Shown: positions 57,410 through 64,000 of the stretch, piece by piece
How the letters are laid out: each line of letters opens with the position of its first letter
Numbering within the stretch: the first letter of the stretch is position 1
NCBI GenBank assembly: GCA_965200315.1
Contig: OZ241362.1
Location: 1,472,001 to 1,536,000 of the forward strand
Length of the DNA stretch: 64,000 bases
Reading direction: 5' to 3'
Origin: Candidatus Latescibacterota bacterium
Lineage (GTDB): Bacteria > Latescibacterota > UBA2968 > UBA8231
Translations under genes and position numbers: made by a program
The notes under the pieces: model-generated
Database searches by the model: none
Seen by the model: the letters and a program-made list of their open reading frames with translations, nothing else
Told to the model about the DNA's origin: nothing

Positions 57410-58306
57410 TTACTCGCTCAGCGAGGCCTTAATGCGGCCCCAAGAGTCTTCTTCGACCGCCGTACCGCCACCGGCTCCGACCAAGCGAGCATCGACAAAG
57501 CGCTCGGCAAAGCGCCAAGTTGCGGCCTGACCAGATATGGTGTGGAAGGCGCGATCTTGGCCCGGAGCCTGATCCGTATCCGGCGTCGAAATTTGGTAAC
57601 CAATGATCTTACCTTCAAAGAGAGGCGACGCGACGCTGTCGTCGGGACTGTTCCAGATCAGATCATCGAACGGTGTGCAGTAAAACTCGATGATGCTGAC
57701 CGTTGGACCGTCGCCCACTGAGACACCACCGCCGTCGGCGTAGGGCACATCGTTGACCCATTCAGAACCTGCACCGAGGTAGAAGACATGGCGACCCGAA
57801 GGGTCGTCCGCAACGGCGATGTACTGCTGCGCCGTGCGGTTGTTATTCAGTTTCTTTTCTTCATCGGTCCAGTCCGGGTTGGCCGAGCCAGTGTAGTCGC
57901 CACCAGTGTGGTCGCCGTCGAGCATGACTTCGATCGCCTCATAATTCCAAGGGCTGCTGCCGTCGTACTCTCTACCGAAGTACACGTTATCGATTCGCTC
58001 CATGGCGAACCAGATTGTGCCGTTAGTAGAATTCCAGCCCGACCAAATGCGATAGTCGAGATCCGACGGGTCGTACTGCGCACCGTCGCCCACTGTGGGA
58101 TCTTGGTATAGATCAGTGGGGACAAACTGGGGATCGCCGACTACATCTTCCCAGTCCTCAACAGTCCCATCGGTAAAGTCGATGTCACCTATATCTTCAT
58201 CGGCCATTTCAAAGAGCAGGTAAACCTGTTCTCCAATATGCGCACTGGCACCGCTTGTCAGTCCCAGTATCAAGCCCATAGCGACAAGGCCATAAAAACG
58301 TTTCAT
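57410..58306 (-). CDS. secreted CBM9/DOMON-like protein with C-terminal SWGRIK tail
   Basis: Signal peptide ending ASA; DG.VEDWE, GWN, EA.E..LDGDH.GG; ends GGGTAVEEDSWGRIKASLSE; AAGGAG RBS. Confidence 0.75.
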   Translation of the reverse strand: MKRFYGLVAMGLILGLTSGASAHIGEQVYLLFEMADEDIGDIDFTDGTVEDWEDVVGDPQFVPTDLYQDPTVGDGAQYDPSDLDYRIWSGWNSTNGTIWFAMERIDNVYFGREYDGSSPWNYEAIEVMLDGDHTGGDYTGSANPDWTDEEKKLNNNRTAQQYIAVADDPSGRHVFYLGAGSEWVNDVPYADGGGVSVGDGPTVSIIEFYCTPFDDLIWNSPDDSVASPLFEGKIIGYQISTPDTDQAPGQDRAFHTISGQAATWRFAERFVDARLVGAGGGTAVEEDSWGRIKASLSE

Positions 58307-58323
58307 AAGCTGCGACTCCTTCC

Positions 58324-58614
58324 AATGCCCCTTATAGGGATTGTGGTGATTTTGGGGCAGCGACCATTTCGGCTCGATCTGCGTCATAGCACGGGATAAC
58401 GCTTCTTGCCTCCGTAGTCTGTCTTCCCCTCGTAGAAAATTACGCCCACTAGCAATCGACATCCATTCCTATCTTTATTAAAAGTTAATCGGAGCCGATG
58501 TAGAGAGCTTTTCGTCGATGCAATATAGGAAGTTCTCCTCTGTGCTGCAAGTATTTCTTGCAGGGACTAGCCCGTCTGCATGCTCTCCCGCTCATACTCC
58601 CTATAAGGGGCATT
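58324..58614. repeat. perfect 17-bp inverted repeats flanking a 257-bp promoter-containing segment
   Basis: AATGCCCCTTATAGGGA (58324-58340) / TCCCTATAAGGGGCATT (58598-58614). Confidence 0.85.
58522..58550 (-). promoter_or_regulatory. sigma70-like promoter for the 58306 gene
   Basis: TTGCAG-N17-TATATT on the minus strand. Confidence 0.55.
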
Positions 58615-58637
58615 ATCGGGAGTTAAACAAGGCGCAC

Positions 58638-59507
58638 TTATTGAGAATCCCCAGCACCGTCGTCAGCGCTTTCTTCGTCCTTATCTTGCCGAAAGCGAAT
58701 ATGCTTCACATCGTGCATACCAATCGCAAATGGACTTGAACCCTCGACGCCCGTAAAGGCCCGGTTGACGCGCTCGAAATAGCTCTTGTCGGTCTCGCCC
58801 GAAAGGCGAACTAGGCTCGCTTCGACCGTACCCATAACGGCTTTCCCCGACCAATAAGTCGCCGTTATCGGCCTGAACTCATCACCCGTCCCGCCGTCTC
58901 CAAAGTCAATTCGCGCCACTTTGTCTAGGGGAATAAAGCGCTTATTGCGGCCCTTGAAAAAGTCGAGCCGCTGCTTGCCGCGAAAGCGCAAATTTTCCAC
59001 CTCAAAGCGCCTGCCGTTCATCGTGATGATCGTGGCCTTGAGAATTTTTTCCTCGGGTGGCTCCTCGCCGACGGGGTGGCGCAAGACAATCTCTTGCACA
59101 TCGCTGGCGAGAATGAAAAACGGCCCCAGTTCGGTCACCCCAGAGAAGCGACGCCCACTACTCCCACCGCCAACCGCATCTTGGTGAGGCGAAGCAGAGC
59201 CACCCGTCACTATCAAGCCCGCTTCTTGAACACCGTTCCGGAACACAAGCATGACGCTCTGTTCCTCGTCGCTGCGTTCCCCTTCAAAGCGCAACCGATC
59301 TACCCTAACCAGTTCCACCAATCGACGCTGCCCTTGGACATAGATTTCCAAATCCTGACGCCCCTGAAAGGTGAACTTATCTACTTGGTGCTGATTTCCG
59401 TAGCGATCGATGACGGTCGCCTTGAGTGGGGACGTGGCCGCGCCACTGGCCGACACCCATAGCGTGGCCAAGAGTGCAATTCCACCCCATAGTCCTCTGC
59501 GCTTCAT
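58638..59507 (-). CDS. hypothetical secreted protein with internal domain duplication
   Basis: Signal peptide; LKATVI...G....V..F.FQG...V.RL.F repeated as LKATII...G....V....FRG...V.RIDF. Confidence 0.75.
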   Translation of the reverse strand: MKRRGLWGGIALLATLWVSASGAATSPLKATVIDRYGNQHQVDKFTFQGRQDLEIYVQGQRRLVELVRVDRLRFEGERSDEEQSVMLVFRNGVQEAGLIVTGGSASPHQDAVGGGSSGRRFSGVTELGPFFILASDVQEIVLRHPVGEEPPEEKILKATIITMNGRRFEVENLRFRGKQRLDFFKGRNKRFIPLDKVARIDFGDGGTGDEFRPITATYWSGKAVMGTVEASLVRLSGETDKSYFERVNRAFTGVEGSSPFAIGMHDVKHIRFRQDKDEESADDGAGDSQ

Positions 59508-59527
59508 GGCATTGCTCCGCGATAAGC

Positions 59528-60220
59528 CTAAGGCTGTTCGGCCCCTTCGCCCCCGCTTTCGCCCGGTTGTGCCGGCGAGGGCGGCGGTCCGATGAGAATG
59601 TTCTGGGTCTGTCCCATGCTGATCTGTACGGGTCTAATGTCATCCCGACCGGTGGGAGAATTTTCAATCCGCACCTTGTATTCGCCCACTGGCATGATAA
59701 AGTAGCGCACCTCGGTTGAGGTCATGCCCCGGCCCAGCATAGTCCGCAAATTGTAGTCAAAAATTAGGAAAGGCACCTGACTGCGGCCCTGCGCATCGGA
59801 AAAAATGACCTGAAAGCGGCCGATAGGTATGGTCGTGTACATTTCCTGTCCCATCAGGACTTCGATTTCCTTCTCAACGCTGTCGTCGATATCTGTATTG
59901 ACCACAACTGTGTATCTGCCAGGGTCTAGATCGACAAATTGCGGTAGAGATCGGTAGCCCGTCTCATATCCTATGGGCGAACTCGCAGCCATGCGCGGCG
60001 ATTCTGAGTGAACTTCTTCGCCAGTCTCTCCGTCGAGGACATAGTAATTGACCTCGTTGATCCCGCCCGTCTCCAACATGAGCCGCCCCTTGCCCTCGGG
60101 AATAGGCGGCAGACCATAACCGCCTCCGCTGCCTCCGGTGGTGGCACAGCCAGCCACAACGGCTGCTATACCGATCAGAAACCACTTTCGCATCTGTATG
60201 TATTCGACTTTCGACGCCAT
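59528..60220 (-). CDS. hypothetical lipoprotein (PEGA/Ig-like beta repeats)
   Basis: Lipobox VAGC; LDPGRYTVVV and MPVGEYKVRI; GGAGG RBS. Confidence 0.7.
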   Translation of the reverse strand: MASKVEYIQMRKWFLIGIAAVVAGCATTGGSGGGYGLPPIPEGKGRLMLETGGINEVNYYVLDGETGEEVHSESPRMAASSPIGYETGYRSLPQFVDLDPGRYTVVVNTDIDDSVEKEIEVLMGQEMYTTIPIGRFQVIFSDAQGRSQVPFLIFDYNLRTMLGRGMTSTEVRYFIMPVGEYKVRIENSPTGRDDIRPVQISMGQTQNILIGPPPSPAQPGESGGEGAEQP

Positions 60221-60337
60221 CTTTCCCTCCTTGGGACGAGCTGTAGGAAACGGACAACTACCTAAGAGTCAAAATTTAAACATTCTGTCTGAATGTGTTA
60301 AGCTAATATAGATATATAGGCTCTTAGCTGCTGTCAA

Positions 60338-61948
60338 CTACTCGCCGCGACTCGCGAGAGATACGAGGATGAAGTGCCGATCCTGTCTTGGCTGCCGGCT
60401 GACGAAGTGCATAAATTCTGCTTCGTCGTGCCACTGGCGCGGGTGCGCCGAAGGGATCGTCACGCCTCGGCGTAATAGATTTTGCCAAAAAGACTCGTTT
60501 CCCACAACAAAACCAGCCGCTACAAGGAAATAGTCTGCGCCCTCAGCCGCGAGGCTGTCGAGCCGATTGGGCGCAAATTCATCCGGGGTTATTTGCCATC
60601 CTTTGCGCTGGCAGTAGTAGAGCAAGGTTGGACTTTGCGACCGGTGCGGTACCCCGGTGTTTTCGTCCTCGTCGCCGATGACTAACAGCGCATCCTGCGG
60701 CAACTTGGCGCCGAGCACCCGCCCCACCAAGTGGCAGCTTTGGTAGTAGTTGTGCCAATTGTTGGGCTGCGCGTAATACGGCCTAACCGCCCAAGCACTG
60801 TAGGCGGCAACCCCGACGATCAGGGTACATACTAACACGACGCGCCAGTGGTGCGTCCAGTTCCGCGCGAATCGACACCACCCCGCCGCTGCGGTATCTG
60901 CCCCAATAATGGCTTCAAGCACCCGTCCAGCTAGAAGGGCCCCGACCGGAGCAAAGGGTAGTTGGTAGTAATGTAGCCTGCGATTGCCCTCAGGGACGAC
61001 AAAGACGTAAAGCACCAGCCCTCCCATCCACACCCAGAGCGTCCACTCGCGCCGTTGACTAGGCGCTAGGGCGAGTCCAGCCAAAACTAGGATCGCCCCG
61101 GCAGGCGTATAGACGCTGTGCCAGAAGCGCTCTAACAGCGCAAAATAGAAATCCACTGTAAAAAGTAAGCTGCGATCCCATTTGTCATAGCCGTAGCGAT
61201 TCCAGATACCGAACGTCAGGCCGGTCTCCTCAAAGAGCAGGCTGGCGTGCCAGTACCAGAGCACAGCGGGTGCCAAGGCCAGCACGAGGTAGAGCCAAAG
61301 CACGGGCTTGAAGGCGAAGCGCCACCCCCAGTGCAACCAAGCTAAGGCGACCAGCGGGAAACCGAGATAGAGGGTAGGTATTTTGACGAGAAAACACAGA
61401 GCGGCCAAAAGGGCAGCCAGCGCGAAGTCCCATCGGCGACTGCTGTCAATCCACCGAGCGAAAGCCCAAAGCGACCCCACGCTCAAAAGGATCATTAGTG
61501 CCTCGGGCATAAAGGTGCGCCCGTAGTAAATGCTCATGGGGAAAATCAGATAGAGTAGGGCAGCTAACAGCGCACCCGGTCGCCCCATGCCCAATCGCAG
61601 GCCCAGCCAATAGAGCAACGCGGCTGCCGCCATCGAGCACAGCGCCGCCACCAGCCGCCCAAGCCACTCATAGGAACCGTCGGCAGTGGCGTAAAGCAGG
61701 GCAACGACAAAGGGATACAGCGGAAAATTCGTCTCCACATACCCAGGGGTGGTACCGCGCCAATCAACGCGCGGATAGAAGAGCGAATACCCTTCTTCAT
61801 AAAAATTGCGGGCTATAGCGGCCGTGTCTGTCTGACGCCAAGCCTGCTTGTCGGTCAGGGGATCTTGCAGGTTTACAAACCGTAGGGCCAGCCCCAAGGC
61901 AAGGACGATGTAGAGATAAAAAGCGCCCTTAGCCCCCTTCGTTTGCAT
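60338..61948 (-). CDS. GT-C (ArnT-like, family 39) glycosyltransferase
   Basis: WRQ.DTA.IARNF, FPLY, GR.FMPE, LVK, H.YYQ.P; polytopic. Confidence 0.85.
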   Translation of the reverse strand: MQTKGAKGAFYLYIVLALGLALRFVNLQDPLTDKQAWRQTDTAAIARNFYEEGYSLFYPRVDWRGTTPGYVETNFPLYPFVVALLYATADGSYEWLGRLVAALCSMAAAALLYWLGLRLGMGRPGALLAALLYLIFPMSIYYGRTFMPEALMILLSVGSLWAFARWIDSSRRWDFALAALLAALCFLVKIPTLYLGFPLVALAWLHWGWRFAFKPVLWLYLVLALAPAVLWYWHASLLFEETGLTFGIWNRYGYDKWDRSLLFTVDFYFALLERFWHSVYTPAGAILVLAGLALAPSQRREWTLWVWMGGLVLYVFVVPEGNRRLHYYQLPFAPVGALLAGRVLEAIIGADTAAAGWCRFARNWTHHWRVVLVCTLIVGVAAYSAWAVRPYYAQPNNWHNYYQSCHLVGRVLGAKLPQDALLVIGDEDENTGVPHRSQSPTLLYYCQRKGWQITPDEFAPNRLDSLAAEGADYFLVAAGFVVGNESFWQNLLRRGVTIPSAHPRQWHDEAEFMHFVSRQPRQDRHFILVSLASRGE

Positions 61949-61954
61949 GTTGGA

Positions 61955-63130
61955 TCAGTAGGGACGCCAGCTCGGCGACATATCGTCGCGGTCGTCGTTG
62001 TCGGTCAGGTTGATGGGCAGCAGCGGCGGCGCGTCCATCTCGTCCAAGTCGAATCCAGCCGTTCCGACCAAGTAAATGTCGTATTCGTCGTCGCCCATCC
62101 TGCCGGCATAGGCTATCCCCTTGCCATCAGGCGACCAGACCGGCTCTTGCTCGTAGGTCTTCTCGGCAATGGAGATGCGGGTCTGCCCTTGCCCGTCGGG
62201 CCGCATGAGCATCAGCTCTTGACCGCCAAACTCCTCCGAGTTGTAAACCAAGCGGTCGCCTTTTGGAGAAAACGACGCGAATAAGTCGAGCTTGCGCCGA
62301 TTTTCGGTGAGGCGAGTCCGATTCGACCCGTCGAGCTCGATGAGGTAAATCTCGGCGTTGTCGTCGAAGGCTGAAGAAGTAAAGGCGATGCGGCGACCAT
62401 CGGGCGCAAACGAAGGCTGGTCGCCTTGAACCAACTTGCGCGGGTTGGCTCCGTCGGCGTCCATGAGCCAGATGGCCACATCGCCGTCGCGCTGACTGAC
62501 GAAGGCAATTGTCTCGCCATCGGGCGAAAAAACGCCGCGCTGGTCGCGCTCGGAATGTTCGGTCAAGCGCACCACATTAGAGCTATCGGCATCCATGACG
62601 TAGAGGTCGATGTTGCTCATCACGTCGCCGCGAGTGAAAAGAATCTTCTTCCCGTCGGGCGACCAAGAGGGATGCTGCTCGGGTTCGGGAGTGTGGGTTA
62701 GTTGCTGGCGGTCGCTGCCATCGGCCTTGATGGTAAATAAGTCCCAGTTGCGGACGTTTTTCTTAGTCGAAGCGTAGAGGATCGTGCCCTCGCGTTTGAA
62801 AGTAGCATTACTGCTAGCGGGAATGTCGAAAATTGCCTCGTAGGTCCGCACACCCCATAGTGGTGGCGATTCCACTTGCAAGACCTTGTTCCCCAGATAA
62901 TCCCCCGCGGCAACATTGACGGCGTACGCACCTCCGCCCAATTCGATTTTGCTATCCGGCTCGGGCAAAACGTAGGTTCCGGCTTTGACCAAGTGGTTGA
63001 ATTTGTATTGGACGTCATTGGCGTCCAAGCGCACAAACTGGCCGGCTCCACCCTTGATCTCGATTTTGACTTGATTTGAGCCACACCCGGCGACCACGAC
63101 GGCTACAATCAATGCAGATAGCTTGAACAT
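61955..63130 (-). CDS. TolB-like PD40-repeat beta-propeller lipoprotein
   Basis: Lipobox VAGC; repeated P.WSPDG..I.F and M.ADG....LT. Confidence 0.85.
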   Translation of the reverse strand: MFKLSALIVAVVVAGCGSNQVKIEIKGGAGQFVRLDANDVQYKFNHLVKAGTYVLPEPDSKIELGGGAYAVNVAAGDYLGNKVLQVESPPLWGVRTYEAIFDIPASSNATFKREGTILYASTKKNVRNWDLFTIKADGSDRQQLTHTPEPEQHPSWSPDGKKILFTRGDVMSNIDLYVMDADSSNVVRLTEHSERDQRGVFSPDGETIAFVSQRDGDVAIWLMDADGANPRKLVQGDQPSFAPDGRRIAFTSSAFDDNAEIYLIELDGSNRTRLTENRRKLDLFASFSPKGDRLVYNSEEFGGQELMLMRPDGQGQTRISIAEKTYEQEPVWSPDGKGIAYAGRMGDDEYDIYLVGTAGFDLDEMDAPPLLPINLTDNDDRDDMSPSWRPY

Positions 63131-63166
63131 GTAGTCTCCTTAATGAGTTATTGCACACCCGGCCCA

Positions 63167-63850
63167 TCAGGCCAAGCCGCTGAGCACCCGCAGGCGATTG
63201 CTGAGATGATCCATCAACTCGTTGATATTGGCGAAGGAATCCGTGTAGAGCGGTTCGTCAACCCGAAAGTACACCCGCGCCCCAGGCCGAGCGTAGCTAT
63301 CGTATTCCAGTCCAATGGGAATCAACGGCACGCGCATCCCCAACCGCTCTTCGGCCTGTACCAGATGCTCGACTACTTCCTTTTGCAGGGGCCCCAACTT
63401 GTCTTGATAACGCATGCCTTCCGGGTGCGAGACGACCAATTCCCCGCGCTGGTATAGCCCGTCTAGATAGGCTTGCATCTGTTGGTTGGCCGTGCGAGCT
63501 CGTCGAATCTCGGCGCGGCGTTGCTCCCGGTCTGCGATCCGCCTAATGTCTTTAGGTCTTACCACCTTGACGCCCCCCATCCACTCCAGTATCCCCCACA
63601 GACCAACCTTCATAATGTAGTTGGCATAGCGCCGGGTGATTCTGTACAGCAAGACCCCTTCGAGCAGAATGTCGCGGTACGCGCAGTGCTTGGGCAAAAT
63701 CAGAGCCGGCCCCTCGCACGGCAGATTGCGATCGCCCTCGACCGCCAAGCGGTGATAGCGCATGGCACCTGCCGCGAGCAGGCGAGCACCGCCGGCAAAG
63801 GCATCGATGCGCTTGATGGAGAAGTCTCTATGCTCAGCCTCTGCGGACAT
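63167..63850 (-). CDS. lysophospholipid acyltransferase (PlsC-like)
   Basis: HxxxxD (KHCAYRD), HPEGMR, IPIG. Confidence 0.8.
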   Translation of the reverse strand: MSAEAEHRDFSIKRIDAFAGGARLLAAGAMRYHRLAVEGDRNLPCEGPALILPKHCAYRDILLEGVLLYRITRRYANYIMKVGLWGILEWMGGVKVVRPKDIRRIADREQRRAEIRRARTANQQMQAYLDGLYQRGELVVSHPEGMRYQDKLGPLQKEVVEHLVQAEERLGMRVPLIPIGLEYDSYARPGARVYFRVDEPLYTDSFANINELMDHLSNRLRVLSGLA

Positions 63851-63854
63851 GGGC

Positions 63855-64000
63855 CTATTTGAACAAGTCCTTTACCTTGCCCCAAGTGCTTTCGTCTACT
63901 TCCGTAGACAAGGGTTGCAGCAGGTCTTGGCCCGGGCCAGCCAAATGCAAAGTTCCCTCGGAAGCTACGGCTGCGAAATAATCCCCGTCGGCGTCCAGCC
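63855..64000 (-). CDS. 3' end of a protein with a TWGKVK tail (start is outside the window)
   Basis: Manual translation: ...LDADGDYFAAVASEGTLHLAGPGQDLLQPLSTEVDESTWGKVKDLFK-stop; not in the ORF track. Confidence 0.75.
   Translation of the reverse strand, partial: LDADGDYFAAVASEGTLHLAGPGQDLLQPLSTEVDESTWGKVKDLFK

Noticed and set aside
60305-60337. Minus-strand promoter from TTGACA at 60332-60337
   Set aside because: No good -10 at 16-18 bp spacing; plausible but not supportable

Overview
Bacterial window of roughly 60% GC (by eye) with no rRNA, tRNA, CRISPR array, transposase or recombinase visible. The gene content resembles Ca. Latescibacterota/Poribacteria-like lineages (inference only): many PhyH dioxygenases, Gfo/Idh/MocA oxidoreductases, HpcH aldolases, DUF6785-type membrane proteins and FlgD-Ig/CHU_C-tailed secreted proteins. 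The window has two parts. (1) 1-24 kb is a patchwork of sugar/sugar-acid catabolic genes. Several look internally deleted or truncated, and a small toxin-antitoxin pair and MITE-end/REP-like repeats sit among them. (2) After aroA, 25.4-64 kb is an apparently intact cell-envelope island and the best candidate for an undescribed system. It encodes ExbB/ExbD, a TonB-like (SxxxH) DUF4159 protein, a 1081-aa TPR scaffold, a PorV/PorQ-like beta-barrel, a 916-aa putative outer-membrane protein, two paralogous lipoproteins, a parvulin PPIase and two GT-C glycosyltransferases. It also encodes two classes of putative cargo: three large proteins with a T9SS-like C-terminal domain (PxFTPNGDGINDE...WDGR...AY-stop) and three proteins ending in a short T[AE]V[ED]xx[ST]WG[RK]xK tail. 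No GldKLMN/SprA homologues are recognisable in the window. A sigma70-like promoter in this island lies between perfect 17-bp inverted repeats (candidate invertible promoter). All product calls come from motif recognition by eye, not database searches.
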